A program made the translations under genes and the position numbers. Below, one piece after another: positions 41,373 through 53,599 of a DNA stretch of 64,000 nt. The stretch's first letter is position 1, and the number at the start of each line of letters is the position of its first letter. The notes below the pieces were generated by a model that saw only the letters and a program-made list of their open reading frames with translations, was not told where the DNA came from and ran no database searches. The stretch is from Eledone cirrhosa (Eukaryota): positions 367,474,001 through 367,538,000 of the forward strand of contig OZ024742.1 of assembly GCA_964016885.1 (NCBI GenBank), given 5' to 3'.

Positions 41373-43412
41373 ATTTCTTTATTTGCCACAAGGGTCCACA
41401 AGAAAAGGGGATAATACAAGGACATATGTCGGGGATTTTACATAGATAGATATCTTTCTTTATTTGCCACAGGGGCGTACAAAAATAGGACATTACAAGA
41501 CGTGACGGTGGGGGTTTTACATAAAAATAACTTTAACATTAATAAATAACAATAAACTATATATAATAAAATAACAATTGAAATTTCCAGTAGGGGGGAA
41601 CGTTACTGCAAGGTTGTTTTACACCCCGTGGATAGAACAACCCTCAACACCAGGAACACGTTTTGTAGGTGTTCCTGTTTTCCCTCTGTTTATCTTCCTC
41701 AACCTACAGGTTTATATACAGAGAAGGCCCATTCATTCGGGCCATTTTCGCCACATTCACCCACCTTTCAGCGAATTTACTGGGGTGTAGCACCTCTCTC
41801 TCCACTCTCACCTTCCTTCTGAAGTGATACTTAAAGAAGGGGATAAGTTGTTGTCCGGAGAGAAAGGTGTTTGCCCTCAGTCCTTTTAACCTCGTCCACC
41901 ATATTACCTCTTTCGCCACCAGACAGAGGAAAATCTCCTCTCCTTCGTTCTTAAATGAAGGCGGCGATTTGATCCTCACGATGGACTCGGCTGACAACTG
42001 GATGCGTCCCACAAGTGACAGCAGCTGTTTGACATAATTCCACAAGTCGGTCACCCCTGGGCACTGAACAATTGCGTACAGAACGGTTTCGATGTCCTGC
42101 TCGCATCTTGGACAGTTCCTTTTGGCAGGATCTCTGTCTCGAACTGATAGAGATCCTCGGTAGAACTGCCAGGCCAGAGACCTCTGGAAGTTATCCATAG
42201 GCCCTGGACGGAAAGTCCTCCCGAACAGACTGGTCAGTTCGTCCTCCTCGATGCCTAGAGTTTCCCCGAGAACGTCGTCGCACTTATCCTCCACTAATCC
42301 CCTATAGAATGTCGAAGTGGAGTCTCCGCTGATTGCCGTTTCCGCTTAGTAGAGGGCTGTGAGCGCCTGTAGGCACTCGAGGTGCCAGGCACCCATTTTC
42401 GGTCTTCGCTTGACCCAGGACTGCAGCTCTGCTAGTGAGACGAGTTGTGGAAGAGCTTGTCTCACAAACGACATCCACACCGGTTCACCGGTCAAGAATA
42501 CCTAGAGATGGCGTAGCCTCAGCGCATGTTTGTGCATCATCAGCTACGGCATGCCCAGCCCTCCGTTAGAAGGGGGTTGACAGCAGATGGATCTCCTCAC
42601 CAATGGAGCCTGTTTCATCCAGAGGAACTTGAAGAGTAGGGGTTCCATTCTGGTAAGGTATTCGCGGGAGCAAGGCACGGTAGTAGATGACAGACGCTAT
42701 GTAAGTATTCGCCGCCTCCGTCGACCTTTCAAGGAGAGTTTGCACTCAGCCCACTTCTGGGTGAGTGCAAACACCTTCGTCGTGACCTCGTTCCAGTTCT
42801 TGTCCACCTAGAGGTCTGGACTAAACCAGACCCCGAGCAATTTCACCGGTCCTTCCGTCTAGTGTCCGACGATACTGTCGGAAGGCATGGGTTTGCCTTT
42901 CCATGTGTCGAGTTGCAAACCGACAGACTTGTTTGGGTTTAGTCTTGCTCCTGTCAACGTTTCGTATTCCTGTAATAGGTTGCCGATTACTCTGATTTCC
43001 GAGGTTTTCGACACCATTACGTTTATGTCATCGGCATAGGCTGGCGCTGCTTTCCGCAGTCGTGGTTCGATCGGGATGCCCTGCAACAGCTCCAATTTCT
43101 GCAGTAACGGCTCGAGAGTCAGTACATACAGAATTGAGGAGAGAGGGCATCCCTGACGGATGGAACGCATCATTTGGAATGGCTCCGATAGGTAGCCATT
43201 CACCTTGACTGCCGAGCAGATGCTGGTGTGCATGGCAGCGATCCAGCCGCTGAAGACGGGACCGAAGCCGGCCGCCTTGAGAACTGCTTCCAAGTATTGA
43301 TGGTTGACCCTATCAAATGCCTTAGACTGATCTAAATTGATCAGAGCCCCACCAAAGCCAGGTTTACACCTTACCCTCTCTATGATGTATCGCATGAGGT
43401 GGAGGTTGTCGT
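41373..43412 (-). mobile_element. Tx1-clade LINE, older 5'-truncated copy plus an extra ~70-bp 3'-tail fragment
   Basis: HDNLHLMRY..DQSKAFD..RQGCPLS..YADD, CPRC; stop codons; two 3' tails (41373 and 41452) each adjoining GATA units. Confidence 0.85.
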
Positions 43413-43430
43413 GTAACAAGTGGAGTACTT

Positions 43431-43475
43431 GGCTTTGATAAGTAGCAATCAGTACGAAACAGAGCTTTGTCAGCT
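43431..43475 (+). ncRNA. Type-I hammerhead, U3-A8 core
   Basis: GGCU UUGAUAA GUAGCAAUCAGUAC GAAA CAGAGCUUUG UC AGCU. Confidence 0.7.
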
Positions 43476-43752
43476 TTATCTCCCCTGTTTGCTGAAAATT
43501 TAAAGCAAGTGAGACTGTCACTACTCTAAAACAATAGCGTAAGGTCTTCGAAATGCTTTTAATTAAGCATACAGTGTATTGCAAAATACACTATATATAC
43601 ATTCATATATATATATCGCTATTTCAGAGCACCAATTCTAATTTTCAATTTCTGCTTGACCGGCAACCACTCTGTATAATCAGTTCCTGATTATTACAAG
43701 AATTCTATAAGAATCAAACATCCATGATTTTCAGCAAACAGGTGGAGTACTT

Positions 43753-43797
43753 GGCTTTGATAAGTACCAATCAGTACGAAAGAGAGCTCTGTCAGCT
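43753..43797 (+). ncRNA. Type-I hammerhead, U3-A8 core (tandem copy)
   Basis: GGCU UUGAUAA GUAC CAAUCA GUAC GAAA GAGAGCUCUG UC AGCU. Confidence 0.65.
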
Positions 43798-44086
43798 TTA
43801 TCTCCCCTGTTTGCTGAAAATTTAAAGTAAGTGAGACTGTCACTACTTTAAAACAATAGCGTAAGGTCTTCGAAATGCTTTTAATTAAGCATACAGTGTA
43901 TTGTAAAATACACTATATATACATTCATATATATATAACAAAGGAATTGTGGTAAGGAACCAAATGGACCATAACTCACCAGAGTACTCAATACTTAGGG
44001 TGGTAGAGAGGGAAATAGGAAAAAGTATGACCCCGATGGCAGAGCTCAAGCCGTTTCGACGGATATTTCTGGACAGGGCATGCGTT

Positions 44087-44126
44087 GATCTGATGATCGC
44101 CAAACAGCGTGAAACAGACTGTTAGC
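44087..44126 (+). ncRNA. Type-I hammerhead, C3-G8 core; paralogue of the 43431 family
   Basis: CUGAUGA UCGC CAAACA GCGU GAAA CAGACUG UU AGC; downstream flank homologous to 43475-43600. Confidence 0.6.
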
Positions 44127-44245
44127 TTCTCTCCCTTCTTTCGCCGAAAAGAAGTAAGTCACTACTTTAAAACCGATAGCGTATGGTCTTCAAAATGTTT
44201 TTAATTAAACATACGGTATATTGACAAATATACTATACATACATT

Positions 44246-44304
<59 letters not shown>

Positions 44305-44311
<7 letters not shown>

Positions 44312-44519
44312 TAACAGATTAGAGTTTAAGCAAAGAATCGCTGCTTTCACCCTTAACGGGATCTTCAGAAGATCCCGTTAAGGGTGAAAGCAGCGATTCT
44401 TTGCTTAATCTTTAATCTGTTATTTTAATAAATATTTGCTCTACGGTTCTTATATATTTGATATATATTATCCTTATCGAGCCCTCTTGGGATTTTAGTG
44501 TTCACATTTTTTATTATTA

Positions 44520-44522
<3 letters not shown>
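44305..44522. repeat. Fold-back pLTR-end remnant (CAGAAGA hammerhead family)
   Basis: Near-perfect palindrome centred on GGGATCTTC-A-GAAGATCCC. Confidence 0.8.
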
Positions 44523-44610
<88 letters not shown>

Positions 44611-44677
44611 CTTGCACGTTATGCTACTTAGAGTGAAGCTTTCAGGTTCACAGAAACCAATCGAAGATATATATATA

Positions 44678-44865
44678 TAATTGTTTCTACTATTGGCACA
44701 AGGCCAGCAAATTAACCAGTACATTACTGGTACTTTATTTTATCGACCCTGTAAGGATGAAAGGCAAAGTTAACCTCGGCGGGATTTGAACTCAGAATGG
44801 CAAGAGCCGTAACTCTATGCTAGAAAGCATGGCGTCCGACCCTCTACCGATACTGCAATCCACCG
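44678..44865 (-). mobile_element. tRNA-derived SINE family A
   Basis: Reverse complement of the family sequence. Confidence 0.85.
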
Positions 44866-45104
44866 CCCTTTATATAATAGCTATCGATCAGGTCCAGGTT
44901 CGTCTTTAACCAGTTTGTATTGTTGTTGTTGTAGTGGCTATGTTGACGTCTCCTGTCGCAATTTTCACTGAGTCACACCCTAACGTATTCTTATTATTCT
45001 GAGCTATTATTTATCGATTTATCTATATTACCTCATTGAGTGCTTTGTGCCAACCTCAGAAGATTCATTTCGAAAAATGCTATTCGGAGCTGCAACTTCG
45101 ATTT

Positions 45105-45143
<39 letters not shown>

Positions 45144-45674
45144 ACAATTCTCCCATCCAATTTCTCTTGACCATTATCTTTTACTTGTCATAAAATACTC
45201 TAAAAAGGCTACAGAATAGATTTCCAAATAAGGGCGCGAAAATTTAATGAAAACTTGTTCACGTGACAGCCATAATTTCATTTATAACCAATCAAATTAC
45301 GTTTATTTAAAAAAGCCTTCGTGAGCCCCTTTTTTTTAAAGTAAAAAGAAATTCAAACACTCATATATGAAAAATCAACCTGTGCCCCCCCTGTTTGAAG
45401 AACTTTGTAACGCGAACTGGCGCGAAATTTATTATAATTATTGACCAACCAATCAAATTACTTCTCTAAAAACCTGGCATTTCGAGCCACTTTTTTTCCA
45501 TATAAAACAAGTAACATCCAGAGACCAACCAGATGTGAGAAAAACCACAGACCCTCCATCTCAACTCTACTTTTGAAAAGCAGAAGAACTGCAAAACCGG
45601 TAAAGGAACCAAATCAATATATATATATTTTTTTAAATAAGACTCCAGTTGCATTTTCGATTTCATCTTTTTTT

Positions 45675-45739
<65 letters not shown>

Positions 45740-45779
45740 AGCGAAATATTTACTTCTGCGTTCACAGATTGATATTTTT

Positions 45780-45830
45780 AGTTTCAGAAGATCCCGTTAA
45801 GGGTGAAAGCAGCGATTCTTTGCTTAAACT
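45780..45830 (+). ncRNA. Hammerhead-like motif, U4A core (CAGAAGA family)
   Basis: AGUUU CAGAAGA UCCC GUUAA GGGU GAAA GCA(loop)UGC UU AAACU. Confidence 0.55.
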
Positions 45831-46060
45831 TTAATCTTATTTTAATATATATATATATAATTATATATTCGTGTACAGGTATTTTTGCATACACAAAAAC
45901 AAAATATAAACAAGCGCATTTATTTCACGAAAGCACAGACGGCTTATCGTCATTGTTACTGTCGATATGCCACCCAAAAAGTCCCAGCCTGGTCGCAAGA
46001 TCAGATTTTCTACCAGAAAAAATGTTACTAGAGCAACAGACTAAGCTTCGCGATTACCAT

Positions 46061-46215
46061 GGTCAAACCTTAAAAGTGGCTGGCCTTCATCTGGGAAAAC
46101 CATGATTTTCCCATGGTCAATTCTATGTAGGATGCTCTAGGGTGAGCTCACCAAACAATCTCTTCATCTTTGCTCCCGAGGGACGAACAAAAAATATTGT
46201 ATACTCTGAGGATGT
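46061..46215 (+). pseudogene. Helitron RepHel Pif1-helicase C-terminal remnant
   Basis: GQTLKVAGLHLGKP*FSHGQFYVGCSRVSSPNNLFIFAPEGRTKNIVYSE (helicase motifs V-VI). Confidence 0.85.
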
Positions 46216-46657
46216 AACAATGTAATTTATGTATTTTCTGTTACTTGGAATTTCCATTATGGTTGTACAAATTATTGTAAAGTTTGTTAAAAGATTTGTT
46301 CTCTCTTCAGCCTTTATTGTTGTAACTATCAATTTCCTTTAACGTACTGGCTGCTGAACTGGAAAATCCTAAAATCTATTCAAACCTAACATCAGAATGT
46401 AGTGAACAAACATACTGCCTTCTAATATATTACTATGGCAACACTGTGTCGTCTACTCACGTACGTGGTAATACCAAACGTCGAGTGTTCAATCCTGCTT
46501 ACACAAGTATTTACTAATCTGTACCTAAAAACTAATAATGAATTTAACACGGAATTACCATTATATATATATATATATATATATGAGCAGAACAAGTAAA
46601 CATTAAACAATCTTTTAAATAAATTAAAATACGATCTAAATATTTACCTCTTCTAGT

Positions 46658-46737
46658 GCCATGACCGACGGTTTCGCTAATCAAAAGATTGGAAATTCAG
46701 AGAATTTCCAATAGAAAGATATAGCTCTTCAGATAGC
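46658..46737 (-). ncRNA. Type-I hammerhead, canonical core, extended stem II
   Basis: GCUAU CUGAAGA GCUA..AUUGGAAAUUC/GAAUUUCCAAU..UAGC GAAA CCGUCGG UC AUGGC; lies in a ~510-bp unit with short direct terminal repeats (46593/47059). Confidence 0.8.
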
Positions 46738-47958
46738 TTTTCCAAACCTACTAGACATAAATCCACGTAGATGTTGATGTGTCGCTTTCGGCCCGGTGAA
46801 TGAATCAAGCCGTTAAAATGACCACCTCACAAATGGGCCGTTAGAAAGAGCGGGAATAATAGACTAGTTGATATTTCATGTTCCTAGAAATAGCAGCACG
46901 ATACAACATTTTTTTCTCAACATTAAGGATAATTCAGATAAATGATATAGATATTTCAGTAGGTACTAAGTACCCACAGAAATATGTATGTTGTCTATAA
47001 TAGTGGTTGTTCTATGTTACTAATTTGAGATACCAGAACTGTAAATATGAACGGAAAAAGTAAACATTAAACAATCTTTTAAATAAATTAAAATACGATT
47101 ATATATATATATATATATATATATAAGTATATATTACCCGTATGTTTTGTGAAGGTAAGTATACCTTCTCGTACGTATATCTGATTGTTTATGTTATGGC
47201 GTATAATTTTATATATTCTGGTACATATGGTTTGGCTATGTGTATACGGGAGTTTTGCGTCTGTGTGAGTATGCAGGTTCGTACGTATGTAGGATGTGTG
47301 TATATGTGTACTTCATGTTTTGGTTGACTTACGTCTCCGAACATTCGTGTATTTACTTGTAGATATGTGTGTGCGCTTGTTATATACGTATTTATTTATT
47401 TATATACGTTTATATAATTATTTATTTATTTGTATACACGCATACACACACACATATTTATATGTGCGTGGTTTTGTATACCTATAGTAAGTGTTTTGTG
47501 TATGTACGTATTTGTTTGCGTGTATGTATTTATTTATTTCTATTACTTCTGTATTGTATTTATTTACTTTGTTCTTAACTCTGTAGCGGAGATTCATTCG
47601 GTCTCCTAGTTAGAATTTTAATCTACGACTTCTGCTATACCATTTACGTGGTTTTGTCTTTGCGTTCTCCACGTTCCACATATGACGCATTATCTTCGTT
47701 TTTTTCGTTCATTGCCAGAGAACGTCTCTATGAACCACCTAAGAGAACATTAGTCTACGACCTCTTTTATACCATACACGTGGTTCTGTCTTTGCGCGTA
47801 ATTGTTTTTCTCCGCTCCTATTAATGACGTATTATATTCGTTTTTTCCCGTTCTTTGCCAGCGAACGTTTCCACGAACCAAAGTATCGTCTTCCTGTCTT
47901 CCTCCGGTTGCAACGTTTTTTGAAATATCCACTTCTGCGTTTACAGATTGACTTTGTT

Positions 47959-48009
47959 AGTTTCAGAAGATCCCGTTAATGGTGAAAGCAGCGATTCTTT
48001 GCTTAAACT
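47959..48009 (+). ncRNA. pLTR hammerhead-like motif, U4A core (also at 51210-51260)
   Basis: Stem I AGTTT/AAACT, CAGAAGA, GAAA, stem III GCA/TGC; located at the pLTR 3' end in sense orientation. Confidence 0.55.
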
Positions 48010-48163
48010 TTAATCTGTTATTTTAATAAATATTTGCTCTATGGTTCTTATATATTTGATATATATTTATCCCTATCGAGCCCTCTTTGGATATTAGTCT
48101 TCAAATTTATTATTATTACTATTTGGCTCCTTCGGTTGAGCACTCTACTGACTTATATTCATC

Positions 48164-50270
48164 ATGCAGAAACAACATCTGAATATTTCTACAAAGAACA
48201 TACCCGTACCAAGCAGGAAAACATACCTAAAACTCCTGATACAGAAAACAGGCGCGTTCATTAAAAGGTTGCGTTGGCGTGCCTTTTATTTCGATAATCT
48301 GCGAAAAGCAGACAACAAACAGGATAAATTTGGATTTAAAACCTATAATAACCCCCCCGTGTAACCCAGCATTGATACCCTTCGAAAATGATGTCTTGGA
48401 ACTCATACGGAGTATCAAATTTCGGAATAGGAGCAATTCCTTCCAGCATGACCTGAAGAATAGAATTCGTTCTATTAAGGATTCTAATGCGGTGCACGTC
48501 CATTCCGACAAAACTGGCAACCTATATCAAGCGGAGCGCAGTACTTACCATCAACTACTACATAATGCTGTAACTAAGGATTACCGTAAAACTAATCGGT
48601 GCGTCATCAATGAAATCAACGATGCTGGGTTTAAAATCACATCTGATCTCAACATCCTGGACCGGACGGAACCTCTGAACCCTATTTCTCCCCACTTTAC
48701 CCTGAAGGATCACAAATCCAATTTTCCGAACAACCCCTCTATTCGGCTTATTAACCCTACGAAGTCCGATTTAGGTAGACTTAATAAAAGGATTCTTGAT
48801 AGAATTATACCTGAAATTAGAAGTTTGGCCCCTCTTGCACTGTGGAACAATTCTTTCGCGGTGATTGATTCGTTCAACGGCATATGTAACAAGGAACATT
48901 GCCGCTTTATCCAATTCGACATTAACAATTACTACTCCTCCATCACTTTACCACTTCTCCTTAGAGCTATCAATTTCGCTAAAACACTCACAGTGGTTAA
49001 GGATTTCGAAGTTGATGTCATCCTCAATGCCCGAAAGTCGGTGATTAATTTCGACGACTCTAATTGGATTAAAAAATCCAATAGTACCCCATTCGACGTG
49101 AGTATGGGCGCCAGTGATTCTGCGGAGGTTACTGATCTTATCGGCCTTTTCCTTCTTTACTCTATCAAGGACGAATTCCCCAACGCGGGCGGTGGTTTGT
49201 ACCGTGACGATGGTCTTTTGACCATGACTAAGTGCGGACCTCGTGCTTGCGACAGGTTCAGAAAAGAACTCACAGCCTTCTTTAAAGGCTTCAACCTCTC
49301 TATACAGGTTGAGGCCAATCTATCGGTCGTTAATTACCTCGACGTTACCCTCAATTTATTGAATGGGTTGTATTACCCGTATAGAAAGCCAAATGATACG
49401 CTTAATTACATAAGTGAGCATTCCAACCATCCTGCCAGCATAACCAAGAACCTGGTAAGAAACGTTTTGTTGAGGCTTTCCCGTCTTTCCACCAACGAGC
49501 GTATTTTCAACGCCCATTCCACTTATTACAATGAAGCTCTTGCTCGAAGTGGATTTGTCGATAAGGTAGCATATACAGAGTACGAAAATAGACCTAGCAG
49601 AAATAGATCCCGTCGCATTTGTTGGTATAACCCACCATATAATATGGAGGTGGCCACACCATTAGCTAAGATCTTTCTTTCCCTTATTACGAAGCATTTT
49701 CCCCCTACACATAAATATAGTAGAATTTTTAATAGAAATACTATTAAAATTTCTTACTCTACGACTCCTAACCTTGCACATAACATCACAGCTTCAAATT
49801 TAGCTAAACTACCTAGCCGTAGGAACACGTGCAACCCTGTAGTTAGTACTAACTGTAATTGTAGGAATCGGGTTGATTGCCCCCTATCCGGGAAATGCTT
49901 CTCTAGTAACATTGTCTACAAATGTAAGGTTGTAACACCCACGTCCCGTAGGGCCTACATAGGGTTAACCGCCAATAGATTCAAGCAGCGTCTTTACATG
50001 CATACCCATTCTTTTCGTTACCCTCTAAGAAGGAATATGACGTCACTTTCAGCTTATATCTGGAGTCTAAAAGACAACCACACCCAATATAAGTTACACT
50101 GGGATATCCTAGCTAGGGCTAGATCGTATAACGGAAATAAAAGACCATGTGACCTCTGGAAATACTCTACGCCACAGACCACATCTTAAACAAAAAATCT
50201 GAGGCAATTTCGGCTTGTAAACATAAATTGCACAAAACTTTCCTGTATTACAGCCTCACGTTATACCCTA
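48164..50270 (+). pseudogene. PLE RT plus GIY-YIG endonuclease (frameshift near 48355, small deletion near 50158)
   Basis: STKNIP..KRLRWRAF; RLINPTKSDLG, QFDINNYYSSI, FDVSMGASDSAEV, GLYRDDGL, CNCRNRVDCPLSGKC, IVYKC..YIGLT..FKQRLYMH; LNKKSE..CKH continues in another frame. Confidence 0.9.
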
Positions 50271-51280
50271 ACGGATAGTACGATTTATACGTGGATATTT
50301 TACGTCTTGATGTGGGAGCTAAGTATATGTTTTGTTTATTCCATTACTTATTTGCATAGGTAAGTATATATTACCCGTATGTTTTGTGAAGGTAAGTATA
50401 CCTTCTCGTACGTATATCTGATTGTTTATGTTATGGCGTATAATTTTATATATTCTGGTACATATGGTTTTGCTATGTGGATACTAGAGTTTTGCGTCTG
50501 TGTGAGTATGCACGTTCGTACGTATGTAGGGTGTGTGTATATGTGTACTTCAAGTTTTGGTTGACTTACGTCTCCGAACATTCGTGTTTTTACTTGTAGA
50601 TATGTGTGTGTGTGCTTGTTATATACGTATTTATTTATTTATATACGTTTATATAATTATTTATTTATTTGTATACACGCATACACACACACACACATAT
50701 TTATATGTGCGTGGTTTTGTATACCTATAGTAAGTGTTTTGTGTATGTACGTATTTGTTTGCGTGTATGTATTTATTTATTTCTATTACTTCTGTATTGT
50801 ATTTATTTACTTTGTTCTTAACTCTGTAGCGGAGATTCATTCGGTCTCCTAGTTAGAATTTTAGTCTACGACTTCTGCTATACCGTTTACGTGGTTTTGT
50901 CTTTGCGTGCAATTGTTCTCCACGTTCCACATATGACGCATTATCTTCGTTTTTTTCGTTCATTGCCAGAGAACGTCTCTATGCACCACCTAAGAGAACA
51001 TTAGTCTACGACCTCTTTTATATCATAAACGTGGTTCTGTCTTTGCGCGTAATTGTTTTTCTCTGCTCCTATTAATGACGTATTATATTCGTTTTTTCCC
51101 GTTCTTTGCCAGCGAACGTTTCCACGAACCAAAGTATCGTCTTCCTGTCTTCCTCCAGTTGCAACGTTTTTTGAAATATCCACTTCTGCGTTTACAGATT
51201 GACTTTGTTAGTTTCAGAAGATCCCGTTAATGGTGAAAGCAGCGATTCTTTGCTTAAACTTTAATCTGTTATTTCAATAA

Positions 51281-51316
<36 letters not shown>

Positions 51317-51366
51317 ATAATAATAAAATTGAAGACTAAAATCCAAAACTTTACTCTGTTATTTTA

Positions 51367-51451
<85 letters not shown>

Positions 51452-51559
51452 GGTAATTCCATGTTAAATTCATTATTAGTTTTTAGGTACAGATTAGTAA
51501 ATACTTGTGTAAGCAGGCTTGAACACTCAGTGAGAAAATTTGCTCCGAAAGCATTGCAT

Positions 51560-51647
51560 GTGTCCGAAGAACCCGCAGTTATAGAATTAGGCAGATGCAT
51601 ACAATGATCATGTCTCGAGCTATCTACCAGCGAAACAATTGTAACAC
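51560..51647 (+). ncRNA. Type-I hammerhead-like motif, U4C core, ~60-nt stem II
   Basis: GUGU CCGAAGA ... GAAA CAAUUG UA ACAC. Confidence 0.6.
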
Positions 51648-51786
51648 GCGATAAACTGAGTCTATATGCATCAGTGATTTTTCGGTTTTTTATATTATAT
51701 CACACTCTGCCCTGTAAGAACATAGAGTGCTCAACTGGCATACCATAGCTACCATTAAACACACACATATATATATATATATATAT

Positions 51787-51921
51787 ATTATTTCTGAAGA
51801 CAGCATAAATATGTGTAGGTATGTATATTACCTCTGATAATTTGTAAAATGTTTTACATAGATCTATATGATATACATACCAACACACACATGTATATCC
51901 TAGAAACGATCGTAAAATGAT
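51787..51921 (+). ncRNA. Type-I hammerhead with ~100-nt stem II (family of 16562)
   Basis: AUUAUUU CUGAAGA ... GAAA CGAUCG UA AAAUGAU. Confidence 0.72.
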
Positions 51922-52689
51922 GAATTTTTTAATATAAGGAACTGTTTCTTTGTTTTTATTCATTGTTTTTATTAATTTATATATATATATATTCATTTTA
52001 TTAAGGAAACTAGTGAATGTTGTTAATCTGAGGTTTCTACCTGTTTATGATAGAGTCACTAAACATTCGACAGTAGAAATAAGAGACAGGAGGGGGAAGA
52101 AGAGAAGAATCCTGAAGAGGGGCGGCTTAATTGAAGAGAGGGATTAATAGAATGAAAATAGGGTTGAGACGATGGTAGTGGGAGGAGTAGTGGGGCTATG
52201 TAAAGAAGGTGATAATGGATATATTTGTGTGTGTGTACATGTATATATGTGTGTGTGTGTGGATACGGGTGCATGTGTCACTCTTTAAAATGTACTTACA
52301 CATACACATTCATTTCCTATCTCAGTCATATTGCTACAAAATAGTTCCCTTTCCAACAAGATCCTGGATTCTAACCCTACATTTGTCCCAGGAAATAGAT
52401 ATTTCTCCAGACTTATATTTAATCCTGTATGTCATTTCTACATATATTCTGAATATTTATGTAATTATATTCTAGAAATAAATAATCAGGGTATTATTTT
52501 TAACTTTAATTATATTCACGTATCAGTTATCAACATTAACTATACGCTTTCTCTTATAGAATGCATACATTTATTAAAACACAATTTACTCAGTTTGAAT
52601 GAGTGTTCACATATCCACAAATCCTGGTATCCAATATTAGCTCCAAAGCTGAAACACTTTAAATATTGACTTCATTATTAATGGAATGT

Positions 52690-53190
52690 TGGATTGGCAT
52701 TAATCGGTAGTGCGTCGGACAATAAGCATAGAGTTAATTCCCTTTTGTATTCTGGATAGCATACATAGAGTTACATCCTTTTTATGTTCTGAGTTTGATT
52801 CCCGCCATGGTTAGTTTTGCCTTTCATCCTTACGCTGTCGATAAGATAAAGTACCAGTAACGCAGTGTGAAGGCACATGGCTTAGTGGTTAGAGCATTGG
52901 GCTTGCAATGGAAAGGTTGTTAGTTCAATTGTGAGACCAGGTGATGTGTTGTTTTCTTGAGCAAGACACTTTATTTCACGTTGCTCCAGTTTACTCAGCT
53001 GTAGAAAGGAGATAGGACTAGGATCCCTATCATTAAAACACCCAAGCAACCTGCAACGAGATATACCTTGGAGGAGGCCAGCTAAACCTACATAGGTGTA
53101 AACTGTAACAACAACAACAACTGGGGTTGATTTAACTGACTTTCCCTTCCCCAAACATTGTAGACCTTGTGCCTAAATCAGAAACCATTA
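52690..53190 (+). mobile_element. Nested SINEs: CORE-like tRNA SINE (about 52870-53110) inside a family-A-related SINE
   Basis: TGGCTTAGTGGTTAGAGC A box, TTGAGCAAGACACTTTATTTCACGTTGCTCCAG core; outer SINE core and tail on either side. Confidence 0.7.
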
Positions 53191-53534
53191 TAGACAGTAG
53201 AGGTCAAATAATATTTAAATATACCATATAACTAGTGGTTAGTTATCACTAGTACATCATATAGAACATCTAAACCTTCGCCTCTTCCTGGGGAAATATT
53301 CCATGTTTCCTCTTGACCGATTCCAACTCTCTGTTTATTGACTGAAGTCATATTTAGAGAACTAATGGACGGCTTACGTTTTTCTACTATCTGTCTTTTA
53401 TGGCGAGGAGTGAACCAAGTAAATATAGTGTGAAAGCATTGGAGGAAATGTTGGTGTAAGTGCTGTACCATCTAGATACAACACAAGTATAGCAAACACA
53501 CAAATACACACCCATATATATATATATATATACA

Positions 53535-53596
<62 letters not shown>

Positions 53597-53599
<3 letters not shown>

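Larger units (their letters stand above)
47123..51285 (+). mobile_element. Near-complete Naiad-type Penelope-like element with ~0.9-kb direct pLTRs
   Basis: 47123-48030 is repeated at 50361-51280; ORF lies between; (TA)n flanks. Confidence 0.92.
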
